IMG/VR virus record: IMGVR_UViG_2897081166_000001
Location: 17,293 to 81,292 of that record
Source: a virus
Lineage: Duplodnaviria > Caudoviricetes
Direction: 5' to 3' (one strand)
DNA: 64,000 bases
Shown here: positions 55,575 through 64,000 of the stretch, piece after piece
Layout of the letters: the number at the start of each line of letters is the position of its first letter
Numbering within the stretch: position 1 is the stretch's first letter
Position numbers and translations under genes: made by a program
Notes under the pieces: generated by a model
Databases searched by the model: none
What the model was told of the DNA's origin: nothing
What the model saw: only the letters and a program-made list of their open reading frames with translations

Positions 55575-56372
55575 ATGACGACCCCCGCCCCCGCAGCACC
55601 CGAGGGAACCACGGCAGACCCCGGCACCCAGCCGGCCACCCCGCCCAACCCCCCGGCCGCACCAGCCGCACCGGCCCAGCCAGAGCCGGCCGCACCCACC
55701 ACCCCCTCCGAGCCGGTCACCGAACCGAAGCCCAGCGAACCCAAGGCCAAGGCGCCCAAGTTCGAAGGCGACTTCGACCCCGCCCGGTTCGAAAAGCTCG
55801 TCGAGAACCTCCGCGGCGACGTCGCAGCCGAGAAGGCCAAGCGCGAAGCCCTGGAACAGAAGGCCAAGGACGACCAGGACACCCTCATGAAGCGGGTGGC
55901 CAAGGCGTTCGGCCTGGAGACCGACGAGGCCAAGCCGCCCACCCCCGAAGAGCTCGCCCAGCAGCTGGAAGAGGCGCAGACCCGGACCAAGGCGTCCGAC
56001 GATCGCGCCCGCCAGCGAGAGGTCGAACTCGCCGTCTACAAGACGGCGTCCAGGCATGGCGGCGACCCCGACGCACTGCTCGACTCACGCACCTTCGCCA
56101 ACGCCATCTCGAAGCTCGACCCGACCGCGGCCGACTTCGACGACCAGGTCGGCAAGGCAGTGAAGACGGCAGTCGACAGCAACTCCAAGCTCGCGGCCAA
56201 GGCGCCGGGGAAGGAGCCGGAGCCCACCCCCGCAGGTGGCGCACCGATGGACGGGGCCGGTGGGAGCAAGAAGCAGCTGGGCGAGGCGGATCTAGCTCGC
56301 ATGACTCCCAAGCAGATCAACCAGGCCATGGCCGAAGGGCGGTTCGACCGCTACCTGGGCAGGGCCGGATAA
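55575..56372 (+). CDS. Capsid scaffolding protein
   Basis: AAGGAGG RBS, Pro-rich N-terminus, coiled coil, ALLDSR; upstream of capsid. Confidence 0.8.
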   Translation: MTTPAPAAPEGTTADPGTQPATPPNPPAAPAAPAQPEPAAPTTPSEPVTEPKPSEPKAKAPKFEGDFDPARFEKLVENLRGDVAAEKAKREALEQKAKDDQDTLMKRVAKAFGLETDEAKPPTPEELAQQLEEAQTRTKASDDRARQREVELAVYKTASRHGGDPDALLDSRTFANAISKLDPTAADFDDQVGKAVKTAVDSNSKLAAKAPGKEPEPTPAGGAPMDGAGGSKKQLGEADLARMTPKQINQAMAEGRFDRYLGRAG

Positions 56373-56381
56373 GGACCCACC

Positions 56382-57242
56382 ATGTCGGTCGCGCTGTTCA
56401 AGCCCCAGATCTGGTCTGCCCAGATCCTGGCCGGTCTGGACGAGGCACTCGTCTACGCGCAGCCCCAGATCGTCAACCGCGACTACGAGGGTGAGATCAC
56501 CTCGCAGGGCCAGTCGGTGCGCATCGTCACCATTGGCGACCCGTCGATCTTCCCGTACAAGTCCGGCGACACGATCAACTACGAGGACATCGACACCGCC
56601 GGGCTGGACCTGCCCATCGACCAGGGCGACGCGTTCGCGTTCAAGCTCGACGACGTCGACAAGGCGCAGGTCTCCCTCAACCCGATGGCGAAGACCACCC
56701 AGCGCGCAGCCAGGAAGCTCGCCGCCCAGGCCGACCGGTACGTCGCCTCCCTGTACACCGGGGTCGCCCCGTCGAACGTCGTCGGCTCTTCCGGCTCCCC
56801 GGTCAACATCGTGTCCAATCCGAAGGACGCCTGGGACAAGGTCCTCATCCCGCTCCGCACCAAGCTGAACAGGGCGAACGTCCCCGGCATGGACCGGTAC
56901 GTCGTCGTATCCCCGGAGTTCACCGGGGCGCTCCTCCAGGACGACCGGTTCGTCCGCGTCGACGCCTCCGGCAGCGAACAGGGCCTCCGCAACGGCATCG
57001 TCGGCCGCGCCGCCGGCTTCGACGTCCTGGAGTCCAACGTCACCCCGAACCCGTCGTCGGACACTCAGGTCATCCAGGCCGGTTACCCCGGTGCCCTCAC
57101 CTTCGTGGACCAGATCCTGGAGACCGAGGCGCTGCGACTGGAGTCGACGATCGCCGACGCCGTCCGTGGCCTGCACGTGTACGGCGCGAAGCTCATCAGG
57201 CCCGAGGGCATCGCCGTCGCCTACGTCGACCCGTCCGCCTGA
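56382..57242 (+). CDS. Major capsid protein
   Basis: FKPQIWSA, NRDYEGEI..GQSVRI, RGLHVYGAK. Confidence 0.92.
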   Translation: MSVALFKPQIWSAQILAGLDEALVYAQPQIVNRDYEGEITSQGQSVRIVTIGDPSIFPYKSGDTINYEDIDTAGLDLPIDQGDAFAFKLDDVDKAQVSLNPMAKTTQRAARKLAAQADRYVASLYTGVAPSNVVGSSGSPVNIVSNPKDAWDKVLIPLRTKLNRANVPGMDRYVVVSPEFTGALLQDDRFVRVDASGSEQGLRNGIVGRAAGFDVLESNVTPNPSSDTQVIQAGYPGALTFVDQILETEALRLESTIADAVRGLHVYGAKLIRPEGIAVAYVDPSA

Positions 57243-57279
57243 TCCTCCCCCAACCGTCGGCGTTCTCTCTGGAGGAATC

Positions 57280-57654
57280 ATGCCGCGCACTGCTCTCACC
57301 CCGACCAACCTCGGCGTCACCGACGTCGCCGACCCGACCGGCACCACGATCGACTCGACGCTCGTGACGAACGGCGTCGTCATCAACACCGCCGACCCGT
57401 CCCGCACCGTGCTCCGCGTCGCGAACTCGGCCGGCTCCGCGAAGAAGGTCACCGTCCGCGCCGGCGGCAAGGACGGCCCGGCCTGGATGCGCACCCAGGG
57501 CGACACCGAGGTATCCGTCGGCGCCTCCGGCACCCGGTGGATCGGCCCGTTCTCCGAGGCCCGCCACCTCCAGCACGGCGGGAAGCTGAACATCGACTTC
57601 GAGTCCGGGTTCACCGGCACCGTCACCGCGTTCAAGCTCGCCCGGAGCCTGTGA
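57280..57654 (+). CDS. Virion structural protein (possible decoration)
   Basis: Beta-rich; immediately after capsid. Confidence 0.65.
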   Translation: MPRTALTPTNLGVTDVADPTGTTIDSTLVTNGVVINTADPSRTVLRVANSAGSAKKVTVRAGGKDGPAWMRTQGDTEVSVGASGTRWIGPFSEARHLQHGGKLNIDFESGFTGTVTAFKLARSL

Positions 57655-58337
57655 TGACAGCCCGCGAGTACGTTGGCGCGGGTGGCATGCGGGTCCTGCT
57701 CGACGAGCCGCTCGACCCGATGATGGCCGCCCAGGTGGCCCGGGGTGAACTGCGCCTGACGGAGGACGGTGACCCGCTGCTCGACCCGGACCAGACGGTG
57801 CTGCCGCAGGTCATCCAGCACGGTGCGGACGCCCCCGCTGCCACCCGTGTCGGGAAGAACGTGCACGGGGCCGCGGAGAAGCCGGAGCCGGGTGACCACA
57901 CCGGGGCGTGGGCCACCTACGCGGTACGCCTTGGGCTCCTCGCGACGAAGGCATCCACCATGTCCCGCCAGCAGCTGGTGGAGTGGGTCGACGCCGTCGA
58001 GGAGACGGACACGGGTGTCGTCGGTGACGCGGGCGAAGGCGCTCGCGGCCCGGAGCACGCGAGTGTCGACGGCCGCCCCAGCGAGGCGCGCGGCGACGCG
58101 CATCCTAAGTCGGAGCCCCGGACCTCCGAGGCGCCGACCGGCGGCGACGGTCCGGCGGCGGACCTGCCGAAGAAGCCTGCGGCGAACGCGAAGGTCGACA
58201 CCTGGCGGGAGTACGCCATCGCCCTGGGCATGGACCCGGATGAGGCGAAGGACGCCACCAAGTCCGACTGCCAGGACTACGCCCAGGTCGTCGAGGACGC
58301 CCGCGAGGACAGTGCCCAGACCGAGGGCCAGGAGTAG
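57654..58337 (+). CDS. Hypothetical virion-operon protein with duplicated W..YA..LG motif
   Basis: AWATYAVRLG and TWREYAIALG. Confidence 0.7.
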   Translation: MTAREYVGAGGMRVLLDEPLDPMMAAQVARGELRLTEDGDPLLDPDQTVLPQVIQHGADAPAATRVGKNVHGAAEKPEPGDHTGAWATYAVRLGLLATKASTMSRQQLVEWVDAVEETDTGVVGDAGEGARGPEHASVDGRPSEARGDAHPKSEPRTSEAPTGGDGPAADLPKKPAANAKVDTWREYAIALGMDPDEAKDATKSDCQDYAQVVEDAREDSAQTEGQE

Positions 58338-58340
58338 CCG

Positions 58341-58712
58341 GTGCCCTACGCGACCGTCCCCGACCTTGCCGCGTGGCTGGCCCCCGAGCCGGCTCCGCCG
58401 AACGCTGTGCGCCTGCTGACTCTGGCGTCGCAGCGGATCGACCGCGCCCTTCTGGGGGCGTGGTACGACCGCGACGACGTGGAAGTCGTGGAGGTGTTGC
58501 GGCAGGCGACGGTCCAGCAGGTGCATTGGATGCTGGAGCGGGGTGACGAGACTGAGGCCCAGTCGGACCTTCAGTCGATGTCGACGGGGATCAGGTCGTT
58601 CTCGAAGCGGGCGCTGCGGGACGGCGAGCAGCCGCAGAAGCTTGCCGCGTCGGTGAGTGACCTGCTGATGGGCTGCGGCCTGTTCCGTTTCGACCCGTTG
58701 GTGGTGGGCTGA
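58341..58712 (+). CDS. Head-tail adaptor
   Basis: YATVPDL..LLTLASQRID; synteny. Confidence 0.75.
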   Translation: MPYATVPDLAAWLAPEPAPPNAVRLLTLASQRIDRALLGAWYDRDDVEVVEVLRQATVQQVHWMLERGDETEAQSDLQSMSTGIRSFSKRALRDGEQPQKLAASVSDLLMGCGLFRFDPLVVG

Positions 58713-59050
58713 TGCCGGGCCACATCGGACGCCAGACGATCGTCCTGGTCGATGCACCGCTGGTCGCCGGGGACTACAACACCACCGTGCGGGACTGGGC
58801 TCACGCCACCCGAACCCCGGTGTACGGGTGCACCGTCGACTACTCGTCGTCCACGGAGTCGACGGAAGCCAAGGACCAGACGGTCACCGCAGCCCAACTG
58901 TCCATGCCTCGCCGCGCGCCATGGGTGTCGGAGTGGCAGCGCGTCGAGTGGGACGGCCGTACCTGGGAGGTTGACGGAGTCCCGCTGGATGTGCAGGAGG
59001 CCGGTCCGCTGTCGGGGCAGACAGTGCGGCTGCTGGAGGTGGCCGGATGA
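58712..59050 (+). CDS. Head-tail stopper/closure protein
   Basis: RVEWDGRTWEVDG; synteny. Confidence 0.75.
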   Translation: MPGHIGRQTIVLVDAPLVAGDYNTTVRDWAHATRTPVYGCTVDYSSSTESTEAKDQTVTAAQLSMPRRAPWVSEWQRVEWDGRTWEVDGVPLDVQEAGPLSGQTVRLLEVAG

Positions 59051-59382
59051 ACGACATCCGTATCGACCTCGACGAGGACGCCATTGCCGACCTGGTCCAC
59101 GACCCGGCGGTCCGGGCCGACATGGTGGCCCGTGCGGACGCGGTGGTCGCTGCGGCGAAGCTGTCCGCCCCGGTCGATACCGGCCTGTACCGGGACACCA
59201 TCCACCGCGTCGACCTTTCCGACCCGGACACGGGGGCGGTGCATGTGGATGCCCCGGTCCACTACGCGGTCTACGTGGAGTACGGCACCCGGCAGACCGA
59301 CCGCAACGGCCGCCGCATTCATCTGCCTCAGCACGTGCTGGGCACCGCTCTCGACGCCGCAGGAGGCAACCACCATGTCTGA
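59047..59382 (+). CDS. HK97 gp10-like neck protein
   Basis: APVDTG..YAVYVEYGT. Confidence 0.8.
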   Translation: MNDIRIDLDEDAIADLVHDPAVRADMVARADAVVAAAKLSAPVDTGLYRDTIHRVDLSDPDTGAVHVDAPVHYAVYVEYGTRQTDRNGRRIHLPQHVLGTALDAAGGNHHV

Positions 59383-59581
59383 CACCGTGAAGATGCGCCT
59401 GACGTTCTGGCGTGGCGACAAGAAGCCTGGCGACACCGTCGATGTCCCCGCCGACGAGGTCCACCGCTGGAAGGGCTTCGCCGAAGCCGTCGACGACAAG
59501 AAGGCCGACGACGCCGCCAAGACCGCCGGGGAGAAGAACCCGACGACCGGCAACGTGCCGCAGAAGGCCGCAGGCAAGTAG
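59375..59581 (+). CDS. Small hypothetical protein
   Basis: AGGAGG RBS. Confidence 0.65.
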   Translation: MSDTVKMRLTFWRGDKKPGDTVDVPADEVHRWKGFAEAVDDKKADDAAKTAGEKNPTTGNVPQKAAGK

Positions 59582-59583
59582 CC

Positions 59584-60015
59584 ATGGCCACCCCGCTGGT
59601 CCTCCCTGACGGCAAGAAGGTCGCCATCGACCTTCTCAGCCTCGCCATGCCCGGTGCCCATGTGACATCGAAGCTCCCCGAGGGCAAGGCGCTCAACGCC
59701 GCGCTCCCGGCGGTCAGGGTCCTGAGGATCGGCGGCACCAGCACCACGCGCGGCTGGTCCGACCCGGCCACCACCGACCGCCCAAGGCTCTCCATCGACT
59801 GCTACGCCGCCGACGAGGGCGCAGCCATGCGCCTCGCCCTCCGGGTGTGCGCCGAGTGGGAGCTGCTCCCCGGCAGGTCCACGGAGGACGGCGTCGTCAG
59901 CGCCATCTCGCAGGAGACCGGCCCGCAAGACCGACCCGAAGAGCCCAACACCGGCATCAGCCGTGTCGGCATGATCCTGGGGATGAGCGTCCGCCCACCC
60001 CTCCCGACCAGCTAG
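59584..60015 (+). CDS. Tail terminator
   Basis: VRVLRIGG..DRPRLSIDCYA; synteny. Confidence 0.75.
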   Translation: MATPLVLPDGKKVAIDLLSLAMPGAHVTSKLPEGKALNAALPAVRVLRIGGTSTTRGWSDPATTDRPRLSIDCYAADEGAAMRLALRVCAEWELLPGRSTEDGVVSAISQETGPQDRPEEPNTGISRVGMILGMSVRPPLPTS

Positions 60016-60025
60016 GAGGCCCGTC

Positions 60026-60616
60026 GTGGGCGACTCTGCGAACATCATCGTCGGTACGGCGGGCAAGGCCTACGCCGCCCCCGTCGGCTCCACGTTCCCC
60101 CTCGGCCCCGAACTCGCGTGGGGCACCGACTTCGTCGACATGGGCTTCATCACCCCGGACGGCCTGGAAGAGGCTCTGGCGGAGGAGCGCACCCAGCTCG
60201 ACGCCTGGGGCGAAGACGCCCCCGTCGTCGACCTCGCGAAGAAGCGCACCCAGACGTTCAAGTTGGTCTTCCGGGAGACCACCGCCCAGCTGCTGGCCCT
60301 GTACTACCAGGTGCAGATGTCGAAGATGACGAGCACCCCGGCAGTCACCGGGCCGCCGGCGAAGAAGCAGTTCATCAGCTTCGGGTCCGGCAGCACGCAG
60401 GACACGGTGGAGATCGCCCTCGGCCTCGACGTCATCTACGGCGGCAAGCGCCACCGCATCATGATCGCCCGCTGCGGCGTGTCCGACCGTGGCGCCCGCA
60501 AGCACTCGGCGGAGGACTCCAGCAACTACGAGCTGACCTTCACCGCGCTCAGCGCCCCGGGTGGCGCCCAGTCCGTCCAGCACATGATCACCGACGTGGC
60601 GCTCCCCGAGGACTAG
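60026..60616 (+). CDS. Major tail protein
   Basis: YAAPVG..DMGFITPDG..AWG..YELTFTA. Confidence 0.85.
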   Translation: MGDSANIIVGTAGKAYAAPVGSTFPLGPELAWGTDFVDMGFITPDGLEEALAEERTQLDAWGEDAPVVDLAKKRTQTFKLVFRETTAQLLALYYQVQMSKMTSTPAVTGPPAKKQFISFGSGSTQDTVEIALGLDVIYGGKRHRIMIARCGVSDRGARKHSAEDSSNYELTFTALSAPGGAQSVQHMITDVALPED

Positions 60617-60719
60617 CCCCCTGACTGGTGGTCCGTCGCGCTCCAACCCTGGGCGGGGGCGGCACGACGGACCACCTGCAAGCCCCCGCCTGCCCCTGCC
60701 CAAGTAAGGAACCCACACC

Positions 60720-61145
60720 ATGTCCAAGCCCAACCGCAAGGTCATCCGGCTACAGCAGCGGCGCGCCCAGCAGTCCCAGGCAGGAGGCATCAAGCACGTC
60801 GACGTCGTCTACGAAGTCCCCGGCGACGAACCCGGCACCGTCCGCGAGAAGATCTGCTCCTTCCTCACCCAGGACTACTGGCCCGTCAAGGTCGTCCGAG
60901 CCACCCAGGGCGACGGAAACGCCGAGCAGCTTGACGCGCTCCGCAAGGTCGCCAGCCCGCCCGAGAACTTCGACGAACTGATCGACATCGCCGAGCTGAC
61001 GTTCGCCGAACTCAAGGACCTCATCGACGACATCCAGCAGGAAGCCGGTACCGACGAGGGGGAAGGCTCCGGCTCCTCCAGCTCCTCGACGAGCACGCAG
61101 GAGCCGTCCGCGCCGACCTCCAGCGGTACTACGGCCGCCGCCTAG
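60720..61145 (+). CDS. Tail assembly chaperone (gpG-like)
   Basis: Between major tail and tape measure; contains GGGGGAA slippery site. Confidence 0.8.
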   Translation: MSKPNRKVIRLQQRRAQQSQAGGIKHVDVVYEVPGDEPGTVREKICSFLTQDYWPVKVVRATQGDGNAEQLDALRKVASPPENFDELIDIAELTFAELKDLIDDIQQEAGTDEGEGSGSSSSSTSTQEPSAPTSSGTTAAA

Positions 61146-61555
61146 AGGAGTTCTGGGCCATGTCCTGGGGGGAGGGGTCCATGAACTGGGCCGAACTCCG
61201 GGACCTGGTCGAGCACCTACCGGAGGACTCCGCGACGAAGGCCGCCACCGCCGGGGACTTGGACGGGCGGCGGTGGACGCAGAACACCTACCTGCAAGCC
61301 GCCATCTACAACGCCCTCCTCCTCATGATCCGGGTCCTGTGGGCTGCCCACCTCAAAGGCGACCCGCCGGACATGCCGCCGGTTGAGTCCCCGGCCACAG
61401 CGGTGGATGAGCGGCAAGCCGAACTCGAAGCGGCCGGGGTCGCGTACAGCGAGGCAGTCCTCAACCAGTTCTCACCCGGCACCACCCAGGCCGATCAAGC
61501 GGAGATCGACCACTGGGCCAGCAAACTCCGCGAACTCGAAACCGCAGCACCATAA
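61058..61555 (+). CDS. -1 frameshift extension of the tail assembly chaperone (gpGT-like)
   Basis: -1 frame from G GGG GAA is open: GRLRLLQLLDEHAGAVRADLQRYYG... joining ORF 61160..61555. Confidence 0.8.
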   Translation, partial: GGRLRLLQLLDEHAGAVRADLQRYYGRRLEEFWAMSWGEGSMNWAELRDLVEHLPEDSATKAATAGDLDGRRWTQNTYLQAAIYNALLLMIRVLWAAHLKGDPPDMPPVESPATAVDERQAELEAAGVAYSEAVLNQFSPGTTQADQAEIDHWASKLRELETAAP

Positions 61556-61569
61556 GAGGGGAGGGCAGC

Positions 61570-64000
61570 ATGGCCGAGCCGACACTCGTCGGATCCACCC
61601 GGGTCTCCGTCATCCCGGACACATCCAGCTTCGGCGACCGGCTCCGTGTCGAGCTGCCCTCCGCGATCCGCCAGCCCGCCAAGCTCGCCGGCGAAGTCGC
61701 TGGTGACCAGATCCTCAACGGGATCCGCCGGAAACTCGCCGCCGCCACCCCCACCGTGCGGGTCGGTGTCGACCTCCTGACGACGGTGGCCGAAGCCAAG
61801 CTCACCAAGCTCACCAAGGCGCGCACCCTCAAGGTGACCGCCGAGCTCGACGACAAAGCCGCCACCACCGCCCTGACCCGCCTCACCCGCGACCGCACCG
61901 TCAAAGTCCGGGCCGAGCTCGACGACACCGCCGCCCGCACCTCACTCGGCAAGCTCACCGACCAGCGGACCGTCAAAGTCACCGCACAGCTCGACGACAC
62001 CGCGGCCAGGGCGGCGCTCGGGAAGCTGACTGCAGACCGCACCGTCAAGCTCACCGCCCGCGTCGACAGCACCGCAGCCGAGCTGGCGTTGGGGAAGCTG
62101 ACCCGGGACAGTGCCGTCGACATCACCGTCTCCGCGAAGATCAACGACGCGGCGTACAAGCGAGTTGAGCGGGCCCTCGACAAGCTGGCCGCCGACCGGT
62201 TTGTCCAGCTCCGGGCCACCCTCGACACTAGGGTCGCCGCGAACGAGTTGCGCGGTCTCACTCAGCGGCAGCGTGTCCGTATCGGTGTCGACGTCGACAC
62301 CAGGGTTGCTGCCGACGACATCAACAACTTGACCCGTCGGCGTACCGTCCGAGTCGCTGCCCGAGCCGACACTGCTGCTGCGAACACGGCACTCAACCAC
62401 GTCGCCCGCGACCGCACCGTCCAGATTCGCACCAGACTGTTCGGGCTCGCCGGAATCACCTCCGCCCTCGGGTCCTTCGGCGGGAGCGGCGGCAGCGCAT
62501 CCGCCCAAGCAGGCATCCTCTCCGGGCGCATAGCGAAGATTGCCACCGCCGCGCTCCTCGCCACACCGCAGCTCTCCGCGATGGGCTCCGCGATCGGGCA
62601 GCTCGGGCCGCTCGCCGCCGTCGCCGCACCCGGCATCCTCACCCTGGCCACCGCATTCGGTGCGATCAAGCTCGGCACCTCCGGGGTCGGCGACGCCATC
62701 AAGGCCGCTTTCGCCCCGGCCCCCGCCGAAGCGAAAGCGGCGGTCACTGCGACCCGGCAGGTCGAAACCGCGCAACGCTCCCTCGCCAACGCGCAGCGCG
62801 GTGTCGCGGACGCCGAACGCAACCTGTCCCAAGCCCAACGAGCCGCCCGCCAAGCCCAAGCCGACCTGTCCGCCGCCCGACGGCAGGCCACCCGCGACCT
62901 GGAAGACATGAACCAGAGGCTCCGCCAAGGGGCCCTGGACCAAAAGCAGGCCGCGCTCGATGTCGAGCAAGCCGAACTCGACCTGGCAAAAACCCGCTCC
63001 GACCCCACCTCCACCCAGCTTCAGATCCAGCAGGCCAACCTCGCACTGGAGCGGGCACGGGCGGCAGCAGAGGAGCAGTCGAGGCAGCAGAAACGCCTCC
63101 AGGTCGACACGGCCGCAGCGAACAAGGCTGGGGTCGCCGGCTCCGACGTGGTGGTGCAGGCGCAGGAACGGATCCGGGCGGCGAACGAACAGGTCGCCGA
63201 GCAGCAGCGCGGCCTGGCCGACGCCCACCGGGCAGTCGCCGACGCCACCAGGGCTGTTGCCGACGCACAGCAGAGCGCAGCCACACAGACCACCAAGCTC
63301 GACACCGCCATCTCGAAGCTCAGCCCGAACGCGCGCGGCTTCGTCCGCATCCTCAAGGAGATGGCCCCTGCCTGGCGGGCGATGAAACTGGACGTCCAGG
63401 ACAGCCTGTTCGACGGGCTCGGCGCCCGCCTCCAGGCTGTCGGCGCCCGCATCCTGCCCACCGTCCGAGCGGGGCTCGTCGGGGCTGCCAGCGAGCTCGG
63501 CGCGATGGGGAAGAACGCGCTCACCGCCGTCGGCAACCTGGAGAAGTCCGGGCAGCTCAAGAGCACGTTCGATGTCATCCGCAACGGGCTCGGCAACATC
63601 AACAAGATTCCCGGCCAGATCGTCACCGGCCTGTCCCAGCTCACCATCGCCGCAGGGCCCGCCTGGGACCGCATCACGGGCGGCGCCGGCGAAGCCATGG
63701 ACCGAGCCATGGACAAGCTCGCCAAGGGCCTGGAGAACGGGCGCCTCGAAGAGGCCATCAACACCGCCCTCGACGTAGCCGTGGCCTTCGGGGGAGTCCT
63801 GGCGGACTTGGGCGGCATCATCAAGAACGTCTTCGGGGCGGCGGCCGACGGGGGCGGCGACTTCTTCGCCGTCATCGGGCAGGCACTGGCAGAGATCCGC
63901 CGGGTCACCGCACTGCCGGAGATTCAGGCGGCACTCAAGGCGATCTTCGGGGCTGTGCAGGCCATCGCCGGACTCATCGCCGGAACACTCGGTGCGGTCC
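61570..64000 (+). CDS. Tape measure protein (3' end outside window)
   Basis: Translated by hand from MAEPTLVGSTRVSVIPD; Ala-rich, 24-aa repeats, synteny. Confidence 0.9.
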   Translation, partial: MAEPTLVGSTRVSVIPDTSSFGDRLRVELPSAIRQPAKLAGEVAGDQILNGIRRKLAAATPTVRVGVDLLTTVAEAKLTKLTKARTLKVTAELDDKAATTALTRLTRDRTVKVRAELDDTAARTSLGKLTDQRTVKVTAQLDDTAARAALGKLTADRTVKLTARVDSTAAELALGKLTRDSAVDITVSAKINDAAYKRVERALDKLAADRFVQLRATLDTRVAANELRGLTQRQRVRIGVDVDTRVAADDINNLTRRRTVRVAARADTAAANTALNHVARDRTVQIRTRLFGLAGITSALGSFGGSGGSASAQAGILSGRIAKIATAALLATPQLSAMGSAIGQLGPLAAVAAPGILTLATAFGAIKLGTSGVGDAIKAAFAPAPAEAKAAVTATRQVETAQRSLANAQRGVADAERNLSQAQRAARQAQADLSAARRQATRDLEDMNQRLRQGALDQKQAALDVEQAELDLAKTRSDPTSTQLQIQQANLALERARAAAEEQSRQQKRLQVDTAAANKAGVAGSDVVVQAQERIRAANEQVAEQQRGLADAHRAVADATRAVADAQQSAATQTTKLDTAISKLSPNARGFVRILKEMAPAWRAMKLDVQDSLFDGLGARLQAVGARILPTVRAGLVGAASELGAMGKNALTAVGNLEKSGQLKSTFDVIRNGLGNINKIPGQIVTGLSQLTIAAGPAWDRITGGAGEAMDRAMDKLAKGLENGRLEEAINTALDVAVAFGGVLADLGGIIKNVFGAAADGGGDFFAVIGQALAEIRRVTALPEIQAALKAIFGAVQAIAGLIAGTLGAV

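Noticed and set aside
56292-58757. 821-aa minus-strand ORF
   Set aside because: Antisense to capsid and connector genes; no motifs

Overview
High-GC actinobacterial (Streptomyces-like) DNA that reads almost entirely as one temperate siphovirus. Order: accessory region (lipoprotein, PIN-domain protein, serine resolvase, ATP-dependent ligase, XRE and GntR regulators, candidate ncRNAs; 1-9260); an apparently intact attP carrying the last 27 codons of an acyl-CoA dehydrogenase between two arm-type repeats (9327-9652); tyrosine integrase, cI/cro/xis switch; early recombination and replication genes (RecE/RecT-like, DnaQ-like exonuclease, WhiB, two C5 methyltransferases, initiator, DnaC-like loader, DnaB); a Streptomyces conjugation module (two NUDIX, repressor, Spd-like, TraA, TraB, clt-like repeats); micro-ORF cassettes; a HEPN-motif moron; an inverted packaging module with an inserted HNH gene; head and tail genes running into the tape measure. 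Most notable: TraB and the next two genes, one a GIY-YIG nuclease, share the same C-terminal winged-helix domain and surround the clt-like repeats. All calls come from reading motifs and gene context by eye; no database searches were run.
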